DNA of 25,567 bases, taken from positions 1-25,567 of IMG/VR virus record IMGVR_UViG_3300006927_000070; one strand, 5' to 3'. The notes below the pieces were generated by a model. It made no database searches, was not told the origin of the DNA, and saw only the letters and a program-made list of their open reading frames with translations. The stretch comes from a virus (lineage: Duplodnaviria; Caudoviricetes). Shown one piece after another: positions 8,112 to 15,635 of this stretch. Position 1 is the first letter of the stretch. Every line of letters starts with the position of its first letter. The position numbers and the translations under genes were made by a program.

Positions 8112-10088
8112 ATGATTGTAACCTCAGACACATTTACAGATACATTAAATTCTTTACCTGATACATCTGAATGGATTATAGATGTAGAAACTAACGGATT
8201 TAATCCTTATAATATGAATCAAATATGTGGAATCGGATTAGTTCCATTGAATTATTCTGATGCAGAAGCATATTATTTTCCATTTAGACATCAATCAGAA
8301 GAACCTAATTTAACTCAAACTGAATTAAATCAATTAGTATCTTTTATAAATGATAAATGTGACACTATTATAGGGTACAATGTTAAATTTGATTCTAAAT
8401 TTTTGGAGAATGAAGGTGTTAATATAGACAAGATGAAACTTGTTGATGTATTAGTGATGGTTAGAATGACTGAATCTACTATAGTAAATAGATTAAGTTT
8501 AACTGATACTATAATAAGGAGTTACGGCGAAGAAGCTGGACTTTATGATTTAGAGACTAAAAAAGTTTTGAAGAAAAACAAATGGTTTAAAGATTTTTCT
8601 TTAGCTCCACCATCTGTACTTGGTCCATATTGTATAAAAGATGTATATTGGACTCATAAAGTTTACACTGATAGATTACGAAAATTAGAAATAAGTAAAC
8701 AATTAGAATTATTTGAGTTTCAGTGTGATTTAACTAAAACTTTATATATGATGGAGAAAAGAGGGGTAGTAATAGATAATAAATATGCTAATAGTGCGTA
8801 TGAAAAAACTGTTGCTAGAATAGAAGTATTAAAAAATCGTATATATGACTTAGTAGGACATGAATTTAATATAAGTAGTACTAAACAATTAGGAGAAACC
8901 TTTAATAATATGGGTATTCATTCTCCTTTAAGAACTGCAAAGGGTGCAGAAGCGTGGAATGAAGAAGCCTTAGTAAGACTTAACTCTCCTTTAGCAGGAT
9001 TAGTAAGACAATATAGAGCTTTAGAAAAAATACGATCTACTTACATAGAACCTTATTTAGAATTACCTGTGCTTCATACAAGTTTTAATAATTGGGGCAC
9101 TGTTACAGGAAGATTGTCTTCTAGTTCACCTAACTTACAGAATATACCTAGAGATATTGTATATGTTGAAGATAGAGATTTATCTGAATCTGATAAAGAA
9201 GAAGTAAAGGGTAGAGTAGCGGCTATAGTTTCAAGTAAGGGTGGTAACGCTAATACAGAATTAACTGATGAAGTATTAAATACTTGGAGTTTCTTAGGTG
9301 GAGATAAATTTGATATTGAAGATACTAGACAAATAGCCATAAGAAATATTTTTATACCTAGAGACGATTACAAAATGGTGGCATATGACTACTCTCAAAT
9401 GGAAGTTAGAGTATTTATGCACTATGTAAACAATGAAGAGATGAATAAACTCATGAAACAAGATAATGTTGACTTTCATGGAGAGGCAGCAAAGATAGCT
9501 TTTAACATTACTGAAGATGATACTCAATTTAAATTTTATAGACAATTAGCTAAATCAATTACTTTTGGAGTTATATATGGTATTGGTAAAGATAAATTAG
9601 CGTTGCAATTAAATACTACTCCTATTTTAGCTGCTGATTATAAGAATACATATTTACAAAATATGAAAGGCTCTAGAAGATTCTTTAATTCCGTAGTTAG
9701 AACTATTAAAACAGAAGGAATGGTTAGGAATAAATATGGTAGAATATATAGAGTACCTAATGAATTTGGTTATAAAGGTGTAAATTATCTTATTCAAGGT
9801 ACTAGTGCAGATATAATGAGTGAACGTATGGTTGCTGTGGCAAAATACCTAAAGGATAAGAAGAGTAATTTACTTCTACAAGTACATGATGAGATTATTT
9901 GTGAAGTACATAAAGACGAAGTAGATGAAGTTGCTCCTAAAATAAAAGAACTTATGAAAGAAAACAGTTTAAATATTCCTTTAGAGGTTGATATGGAAGT
10001 ATGTTACCCTTCGTGGGCAATTAAAAAAGATTTTGAAGAGAAAAAAGTTACTATATTTAAATTAGAAGATTATATAGAGTGGGATTAA
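8112..10088 (+). CDS. polA: Family A DNA polymerase with 3'-5' exonuclease, no 5'-3' exonuclease domain
   Basis: ExoI DVETNG, ExoII YNVKFD, ExoIII YCIKD; TGRLSSSSPNLQNIP; motif A DYSQMEVR, motif B RQLAKSITFGVIYG, motif C QVHDE. Start placed at ATG 8112, after the hairpin. Confidence 0.96.
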   Translation: MIVTSDTFTDTLNSLPDTSEWIIDVETNGFNPYNMNQICGIGLVPLNYSDAEAYYFPFRHQSEEPNLTQTELNQLVSFINDKCDTIIGYNVKFDSKFLENEGVNIDKMKLVDVLVMVRMTESTIVNRLSLTDTIIRSYGEEAGLYDLETKKVLKKNKWFKDFSLAPPSVLGPYCIKDVYWTHKVYTDRLRKLEISKQLELFEFQCDLTKTLYMMEKRGVVIDNKYANSAYEKTVARIEVLKNRIYDLVGHEFNISSTKQLGETFNNMGIHSPLRTAKGAEAWNEEALVRLNSPLAGLVRQYRALEKIRSTYIEPYLELPVLHTSFNNWGTVTGRLSSSSPNLQNIPRDIVYVEDRDLSESDKEEVKGRVAAIVSSKGGNANTELTDEVLNTWSFLGGDKFDIEDTRQIAIRNIFIPRDDYKMVAYDYSQMEVRVFMHYVNNEEMNKLMKQDNVDFHGEAAKIAFNITEDDTQFKFYRQLAKSITFGVIYGIGKDKLALQLNTTPILAADYKNTYLQNMKGSRRFFNSVVRTIKTEGMVRNKYGRIYRVPNEFGYKGVNYLIQGTSADIMSERMVAVAKYLKDKKSNLLLQVHDEIICEVHKDEVDEVAPKIKELMKENSLNIPLEVDMEVCYPSWAIKKDFEEKKVTIFKLEDYIEWD

Positions 10089-10089
10089 T

Positions 10090-10272
10090 ATGGAAATAAA
10101 AGCTAGGAAAAATGAATCTTTTGAAAATTTGTTAAGACGTTTTAAAAAACAATTACAAAAAGACGATACTCTTAATATATACAGGGAAAATCAAGAGTTT
10201 ATTCCTAAAAGTGTAAAAAGAAAAGAAAAGAAAACAAATAAGTTAAGAAAAAGTAGGGAAAATAGTGGATAA
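10090..10272 (+). CDS. rpsU: Ribosomal protein bS21 homolog
   Basis: 60 aa, basic; IKARKNESFENLLRRFKK...RENQEFIPKSVKRKEK matches the bS21 pattern (E..E.ALRRFKK / R..F.KPS.KRK.K). Confidence 0.85.
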   Translation: MEIKARKNESFENLLRRFKKQLQKDDTLNIYRENQEFIPKSVKRKEKKTNKLRKSRENSG

Positions 10273-10633
10273 AAAAGATAAAAATATATTTTGGTGTGAA
10301 GAAAATGATGATGAAACTATATACTATGATGGTTTAAAAGAGGCATTTATAGGATTAGGTTATCAACAATTTAATGGACCTTATGCTGTATATGATAGAG
10401 AAAAAGCAATAGAAATTATTGCAAGAGATTTTTATGATACCAAGAAAAAAGAGTATGATTTTGATAAAATGACTGCTGAAGAAAGATTAAGTACAGTGCA
10501 AGAAGTGGGAGATGAGTGTTATCAAGAAGCTATGGAGTATTTTGAGTACAATACTGAGGGGGCATGGGTAGGAGATAGAACTCCAATATTTGTTCAAATG
10601 AAAGAATTATTAACACCTATGGAGGAAGAATAG
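10265..10633 (+). CDS. Conserved phage hypothetical protein (acidic)
   Basis: Motifs DGLKEAFIG, AVYD and EAMEYFEYNTEGAWVGDRTPIF resemble a recurrent phage family of unknown function; GTG start overlaps rpsU. Confidence 0.65.
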   Translation: MDKKDKNIFWCEENDDETIYYDGLKEAFIGLGYQQFNGPYAVYDREKAIEIIARDFYDTKKKEYDFDKMTAEERLSTVQEVGDECYQEAMEYFEYNTEGAWVGDRTPIFVQMKELLTPMEEE

Positions 10634-10634
10634 T

Positions 10635-10982
10635 ATGCCTGCAGGATGGAAAAACCCTAAACTTCAATATAATTTTACATCAGGAGAATATGAAGATAAG
10701 AAGAAAAATTATCCAGATTTAACATGGAAGGAATATAGAGACATGAAAGGATATCCTGATATATCGAATGATGCTATAGGAAATTCTACTGATCCAACAC
10801 ATTATCATTTAGAGATAGAACCTTGGGATTTTATACATGCAAATAAGTTATTATTTGCAGAAGGAAATGTAATAAAATATATATGTAGATGGAAAGATAA
10901 AGGTGGTGTTGAGGATTTAAAGAAAGCTAAACAATACATAGATATGCTAATAGCTAAGGAGTTAATAAATGAAACTGAGTAG
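10635..10982 (+). CDS. DUF3310 (SaV / T7 gp1.7 nucleotide kinase-like) protein
   Basis: PTHY..IEPWDFI..FAEGNVIKYICRWKDKGGVEDLKKAKQYI signature; SD GGAGGA. Confidence 0.88.
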   Translation: MPAGWKNPKLQYNFTSGEYEDKKKNYPDLTWKEYRDMKGYPDISNDAIGNSTDPTHYHLEIEPWDFIHANKLLFAEGNVIKYICRWKDKGGVEDLKKAKQYIDMLIAKELINETE

Positions 10983-11376
10983 ACCAATGCGGGATAATTC
11001 TGGTAAGACTGTAGGAAGATATTCTCCAGATGAAAATATACTTATTAGAAAGTTCAATTCCTACGATAGGCATATTTTAAGATGGGTTCATGTGCTTGAA
11101 GAAGGTGAAGCGTCAACTTTTGATACAGATTTAATAAGAAACTTAGAAGCAACGGTAGCTAACTATGGTAATAGTTTAGACATGCTAGTTCTGATAGATG
11201 TGTATACAAACGAAGATTTTAACCTTTCAATACCATATAAAGAATTTTTAAAACATACGGATAATAAAAAGAAGTCATATCCACACCGTGGAGAAAATAA
11301 AAATAATTATAAACAATATGAAATACCAATAAAACATATGATAAAGGAGACCAAAAATGGCAAAAGTAGGACTTAA
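10969..11376 (+). CDS. Hypothetical protein
   Basis: 135-aa ORF with SD AAGGAG, overlapping both neighbours; no family recognised. Confidence 0.65.
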   Translation: MKLSRPMRDNSGKTVGRYSPDENILIRKFNSYDRHILRWVHVLEEGEASTFDTDLIRNLEATVANYGNSLDMLVLIDVYTNEDFNLSIPYKEFLKHTDNKKKSYPHRGENKNNYKQYEIPIKHMIKETKNGKSRT

Positions 11377-11593
11377 ATTAGGATTTACATTTAGAGTAGG
11401 TCCACTAGATAGAAATCAATATGCAAGAATGGATATGGAAATTCATGATCTTGATACTGAATTAGCAATGGATAAGCAATTAGAGGAAGCTGGGTTAACC
11501 ATAGATAAAGCTTACCAAGTAGTTCATGATAAAGTTAATAATGAGATTAGAAATATTCTACTAAAGAAGGGTAAGAAAAAGGATGGAAACTGA
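11357..11593 (+). CDS. Hypothetical protein
   Basis: SD AAGGAG; beta-hairpin-like N-terminus (KVGLKLGFTFRVG..YARMD) followed by a helix. Confidence 0.7.
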   Translation: MAKVGLKLGFTFRVGPLDRNQYARMDMEIHDLDTELAMDKQLEEAGLTIDKAYQVVHDKVNNEIRNILLKKGKKKDGN

Positions 11594-11864
11594 ATATATT
11601 AGAGCTATAGTTACTGAACAGTTTTTAGCAGAAAGAGAATTACAAGAAAAAGAATTTGGAGATCAAACTAAACATTCTGATGATTATTGGACTGTAATAT
11701 TAACAGAAGAAGTGGGAGAGGTGGCAAGAGAAGTATACGAAAAAAATGCACATAATTTATACAATGAGCTTATTCAATGTGGAGCAGTATGCATGGCTTG
11801 GGCTGAAGCAATACAAAGAAGAAACATTGGTAGGGATATAGAGGAAGATTCAGATTTAATATGA
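11583..11864 (+). CDS. MazG-like all-alpha NTP pyrophosphohydrolase
   Basis: ILTEEVGEVAREV...YNELIQCGAV (EExxE...ExxQ motif of small phage MazG-like proteins). Confidence 0.78.
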   Translation: METEYIRAIVTEQFLAERELQEKEFGDQTKHSDDYWTVILTEEVGEVAREVYEKNAHNLYNELIQCGAVCMAWAEAIQRRNIGRDIEEDSDLI

Positions 11865-12862
11865 AATCAACATCAAAAGAAATTTTTGAAAGTTTATTAA
11901 ACGATAAAAAAGTTAAAGCTACAAGAGGAGATGACGTTAGTTTTGAGTATGGTAAAATACCTTTTAACATACCTCAACTAGATAAAATTACTAATGGGGG
12001 TATACCTAGAAAAAGATTTACTCTTTTATTCGGTGGATTTTCATCAGGTAAATCTTATATAGCAGCACAGTTATGTAAATCAGTTCAACAAAATGGGGGT
12101 GTACCTGTATGGGTTGACTTAGAAAAATCTTGGGATAGTAAGTGGATGGAGAACTGTGGATTAAATACTAGTGAGATGATATTATATAACCCCGATACTT
12201 CTGAAGAAGCTTTCAAAGCAATTAGAAATTCATTACAAACAGGAGCAGATATAGTAGTTATAGACAGTGTTGCTGGTTTAGTTCCCTCTGACATTTTTAC
12301 AAATGAACAGGGTATTGGGTATAGTCCTATAGGTTGGCAATCTAGAACATGGAATCAAATGTTAATGAGACTTATACCTGAATTAAAACACGGTGGAGCT
12401 TTAGTAGCAGTAAATCAGACTAGAGGAACTATGGGTAATGTACAACTTATGGATACAATGCCGGGTGGAGAAGGTCAAAAATATTTCACTCATTGTTGTA
12501 TGCATTTTACTAGAGGTTCTTGGATATTAAAACAAGGTGCGAATAAACCTGCAAAGATGAGTGATAGGATAGGTTTTGAAATTAATGTTAGACTACTAAA
12601 AGATAAGTTTGGTGGAGAGAAATTTGAAGAAGCTATCGTACCATTTAAACATAAGGGTGGTATAGATATAGTAGAAACATATATTCGTATGGCATTAGAA
12701 GAAAACTTAATTAAACAGAGTGGTGCGTGGTATTACTATAAAGATGGAAAATTTCAAGGTATAGCTAAAGTAGTAGATTGGTTTAAAGAGAATCCTGATG
12801 TATATAAGGAGTTAGTGAATGACACGGAAAAGTCATACATTACAGGAAAATCTGATAGCTAA
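11861..12862 (+). CDS. recA: RecA/UvsX-like recombinase
   Basis: GGIPRKR, Walker A GGFSSGKS, DLEKS, Walker B VIDSVAGL, NQTR, MPGG, KDK, IKQSGAWY. Confidence 0.95.
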   Translation: MKSTSKEIFESLLNDKKVKATRGDDVSFEYGKIPFNIPQLDKITNGGIPRKRFTLLFGGFSSGKSYIAAQLCKSVQQNGGVPVWVDLEKSWDSKWMENCGLNTSEMILYNPDTSEEAFKAIRNSLQTGADIVVIDSVAGLVPSDIFTNEQGIGYSPIGWQSRTWNQMLMRLIPELKHGGALVAVNQTRGTMGNVQLMDTMPGGEGQKYFTHCCMHFTRGSWILKQGANKPAKMSDRIGFEINVRLLKDKFGGEKFEEAIVPFKHKGGIDIVETYIRMALEENLIKQSGAWYYYKDGKFQGIAKVVDWFKENPDVYKELVNDTEKSYITGKSDS

Positions 12863-13103
12863 AGTACTTGATGAAACAGGGCTTAGATATGCTAGGCAAA
12901 CACCTGTAGGTAAATACTTACCTGACTTCATAGTAACAGAAATAAATGTTATAATAGAAGCAGATGGTCCATTTGGACACTTTGCTAAAAGAGATGCAGT
13001 TAGAGATGAGTATTTAAAAGAAGCGGGATATGAAATATGGCATATCACAGAAAAAACATATAAAGATATAAAGGAAAGATTATGGCAGGAATTAAAGCTA
13101 TAA
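12819..13103 (+). CDS. DUF559/Vsr-like PD-(D/E)XK endonuclease
   Basis: RQTPVGKYLPDF..IIEADGPFGH..RDAVRDEYLKEAGYEIWHI; SD AAGGAG. Confidence 0.85.
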   Translation: MTRKSHTLQENLIAKVLDETGLRYARQTPVGKYLPDFIVTEINVIIEADGPFGHFAKRDAVRDEYLKEAGYEIWHITEKTYKDIKERLWQELKL

Positions 13104-13759
13104 ATAAAAAGAACCCTAGTAAGGGTGGTAAAAGAACTAAAAATCAAGATAGATGGTTGTTAAAATCTATTGATAATGTATTAGGTAGGAAAAACAGTCC
13201 TCCAACTAAAGGTAAATTTTATCCTTCTGTATTTGGTAATCCTTGCGATAAGTATCTTTATCTTGCATATAATGGATTATTAGATTGGGATATTATACAA
13301 CCTAGAGTACAAAGAATATTTGATCATGGTGGAACTTTTGAAGGTCGCATGAAAAAATATTTAGAAAAAGCTAATCTTTATATTGATGATGAAGTTACTG
13401 TAAAATATGATGATCCTCCAATTTCAGGTAGAATTGATTTTATTATTACACACGAAAAACATGAAGAAGCTTTATTAGAATTAAAAACTATTAAAAATGA
13501 AGATTTTAAAGAACTGAAAGAAACTCCAAAACATGAACATTTAATTCAATTACAGATTTATCTTAATATAACTGATCGTAATTATGGAGTAGTTTTATAT
13601 GAAAATAAAAATGACCAAAATTTAAAAGCATTTAAAGTTGACAGAGATAAAAAAGTGTGGGAAGATGTTCTTAATAGATGTGAAAAAATAATGGAGATGA
13701 CTACAGAACCTGACCAATGTACAGGTATGTGGTATTGTAAATGTAAAAACAGGAGGTAA
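13082..13759 (+). CDS. Cas4-like PD-(D/E)XK exonuclease (solo, phage type)
   Basis: YPS..PC, ISGRIDF, LELKT, QLQIY and C-terminal cysteines CTGMWYCKC. Confidence 0.85.
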   Translation: MAGIKAINKKNPSKGGKRTKNQDRWLLKSIDNVLGRKNSPPTKGKFYPSVFGNPCDKYLYLAYNGLLDWDIIQPRVQRIFDHGGTFEGRMKKYLEKANLYIDDEVTVKYDDPPISGRIDFIITHEKHEEALLELKTIKNEDFKELKETPKHEHLIQLQIYLNITDRNYGVVLYENKNDQNLKAFKVDRDKKVWEDVLNRCEKIMEMTTEPDQCTGMWYCKCKNRR

Positions 13760-13761
13760 TA

Positions 13762-14247
13762 ATGGAAAAAAGATGGGGTTATGAAAATGCAATAGAGTTT
13801 GCAAAGAAAGAAAGAGATTCTATACCTAATGTTCCTTGGGTTGAATTTCACCAAAATGCAGCAGATAGTCTAGATTTTGCTGATGTTATAGGGGCGACTA
13901 ATAAAGAATTAGAAGAATACTTATCTAGATATGGTGGGACTAAAGCTATACTAGAACAAGTAGTAGCGAGTCATGAAATGAAACTAGGAGCAATGCAAGC
14001 TCAGTTTGATGAAGAATATAACGCAGCATTTGCAAAACTTATGCAAGAAATATCAGGTAAGAAACCAACTAGAGATGAAGCTAGAGGATTAATTATGTCT
14101 TCTAATAAAAATTTGATAGAATTATTTAAACGTAAGACTGAAATGGAAGCCGCAAAGAAGTATGAAGAAGGTAGATTGAAACTATATACTCAATGTTGGG
14201 TTACTATTTCTAGAATTGTAGCCCTTAGGACTAAAGGAATTGAGTAA
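13762..14247 (+). CDS. Helical coiled-coil protein, possible UvsY-like recombination mediator
   Basis: SD AGGAGGT; all-helical pattern ending ISRIVALR; located in the recA-nuclease cluster. Confidence 0.5.
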   Translation: MEKRWGYENAIEFAKKERDSIPNVPWVEFHQNAADSLDFADVIGATNKELEEYLSRYGGTKAILEQVVASHEMKLGAMQAQFDEEYNAAFAKLMQEISGKKPTRDEARGLIMSSNKNLIELFKRKTEMEAAKKYEEGRLKLYTQCWVTISRIVALRTKGIE

Positions 14248-14251
14248 ACTT

Positions 14252-14261
14252 TAGTATAATA
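14252..14261 (+). promoter_or_regulatory. TAGTATAATA promoter-like box 1
   Basis: Intergenic, just after a stop and before SD AGGAGG (14266-14271); identical to three other intergenic copies. Confidence 0.75.
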
Positions 14262-14279
14262 TATTAGGAGGAATTTTTT

Positions 14280-14432
14280 ATGTTAGGAAAATTGAGACCT
14301 CAGATATTTCTTGCCATTGTAGTACTCGGTGTTATGAGTGCCTTAGGTGTATACTACGGACATATTGAAATAGCTACAGGATGTACGGGGGGTATAATAG
14401 CATTAGGCATGAAAGTATTAGAAAACGAATAA
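14280..14432 (+). CDS. 50-aa two-TM membrane protein, holin-like (absent from ORF track)
   Basis: SD AGGAGG; MLGKLRPQIFLAIVVLGVMSALGVYYGHIEIATGCTGGIIALGMKVLENE has two hydrophobic segments and charged ends. Confidence 0.75.
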   Translation: MLGKLRPQIFLAIVVLGVMSALGVYYGHIEIATGCTGGIIALGMKVLENE

Positions 14433-14454
14433 AGATTATTATAGGAAGTATATT

Positions 14455-14538
14455 ATGATAAAAGAAAAAATAATGCAATATATAAGTAAATGGAGACAGA
14501 GAAGTTATGAGAAAAGTGATAATAAAATCAGTGCTTAA
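14455..14538 (+). CDS. Possible 27-aa peptide
   Basis: AGGA upstream; MIKEKIMQYISKWRQRSYEKSDNKISA fills the gap between two small ORFs. Confidence 0.3.
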   Translation: MIKEKIMQYISKWRQRSYEKSDNKISA

Positions 14539-14674
14539 AAGCTTACCAGTTGCTAGTTCTTTAGCAGTGGGAGCTGGTTTAACATTAGCACTTATGAATA
14601 GAGAAAAATTAGAGAATAAAATATTTGATAAATTAACAGCTCGTCAAATATTTAAAGAAAACATCCCTTTATAA
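14507..14674 (+). CDS. 55-aa single-TM membrane protein (absent from ORF track)
   Basis: GGAG upstream; MRKVIIKSVLKSLPVASSLAVGAGLTLALMNREKLENKIFDKLTARQIFKENIPL; ends 6 nt before the ruvC start. Confidence 0.6.
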   Translation: MRKVIIKSVLKSLPVASSLAVGAGLTLALMNREKLENKIFDKLTARQIFKENIPL

Positions 14675-14680
14675 TAAAGA

Positions 14681-15160
14681 ATGAAATATTTAGGACTAGA
14701 TACATCTAGTAAAGCAATTCATTGTGTTATATTGGATGAAAATGGGGACTTAATAGAATCATATAAAGCCACTTGTAATACTAAAGATTCTTTTAAAAAA
14801 CGATTCCCTCCTTTAATTCATGAATTTGCACGAATTGTAATAGATGAAATTGATTTTGAAACCGTAGATTACGCTGTAATAGAAGAACCTATTTTTGCAC
14901 AAAATAGAAATGTAGTGCGTACTTTATCGGAAGTAGTTGGAGCAGTATGGACAATAATGTGTATGAGTGAAATTCCAACTACTATAGTAGATAATGGAAC
15001 TTGGAAAAAAAATATAATTGGTAATGGAAAATCTACAAAAGATGATATAATGAGTTATGCACAAGAAAAGTGGGGAGATAAATTCCCCGAACAAGATTAT
15101 GCAGATGCAGCTTGTATCGCACTGTATGGAGTAAAGGAGAATAATAATGGGAATTCCTAA
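14681..15160 (+). CDS. ruvC: RuvC-like Holliday junction resolvase
   Basis: YLGLDTS, AVIEEP, TWKKNIIGNGKSTKDDI, DYADAACIA catalytic pattern. Confidence 0.88.
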   Translation: MKYLGLDTSSKAIHCVILDENGDLIESYKATCNTKDSFKKRFPPLIHEFARIVIDEIDFETVDYAVIEEPIFAQNRNVVRTLSEVVGAVWTIMCMSEIPTTIVDNGTWKKNIIGNGKSTKDDIMSYAQEKWGDKFPEQDYADAACIALYGVKENNNGNS

Positions 15161-15635
15161 AGGATATAAAAAAGCAAATGATAAACCAACTTTTGCTTTT
15201 TATGACAAACCAAAAGCTAAAGATATTAAAATAGAAGATAAATTACCTGAAGGTATGACAGCCGAAGAATTTAAAGAGAAGTATGGTAAAGTTGTTTGGT
15301 GTAATTATTATAAATGTTTACATAACGTACAACCTAAAGGAGCGAAACGAACTATAGCTACTTTATTAGAAAATCCTAACTATAAACCTCTAGGAACTAA
15401 AGATGCTATGATTCAAGGTGTATGCACAAAATCGGAAATAGGCATTAAATTTAAAGAAATAAAAACATCTGGTGGAGTAAAACATAAAGTACCACAATGT
15501 TTTAATGCTGCAGATAATAAAAATAAACATAATATGGACTTTAGTAAATTATTACAATCAGATGGTAGTCCATTCGGAGGAAGCATTGAATCAGGAAACG
15601 CTGATACAGGATGGTCTAATGCTATGTACACGTAA
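15147..15635 (+). CDS. Hypothetical Cys-motif protein (DUF1540-like spacing)
   Basis: VWCNYYKCLHN...VCTKSEIGI...PQCF; SD AAGGAG. Confidence 0.6.
   Translation: MGIPKGYKKANDKPTFAFYDKPKAKDIKIEDKLPEGMTAEEFKEKYGKVVWCNYYKCLHNVQPKGAKRTIATLLENPNYKPLGTKDAMIQGVCTKSEIGIKFKEIKTSGGVKHKVPQCFNAADNKNKHNMDFSKLLQSDGSPFGGSIESGNADTGWSNAMYT

Noticed and set aside
9153-9338. Intein or intron in polA (also checked helicase, recA, terL, nrdJ)
   Set aside because: No Cys/Ser start with His-Asn end, no homing endonuclease motifs, and reading frames are uninterrupted.
10635-11864. Modified-base pathway (e.g. 2-aminoadenine) implied by MazG, kinase-like gene and PolA
   Set aside because: No PurZ, DatZ, queuosine-pathway or glycosyltransferase genes in the window; site avoidance argues for largely unmodified DNA.
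13082-13759. CRISPR-Cas locus suggested by the Cas4-like gene
   Set aside because: No repeat-spacer array, cas1 or cas2 in the window; the context is recombination.
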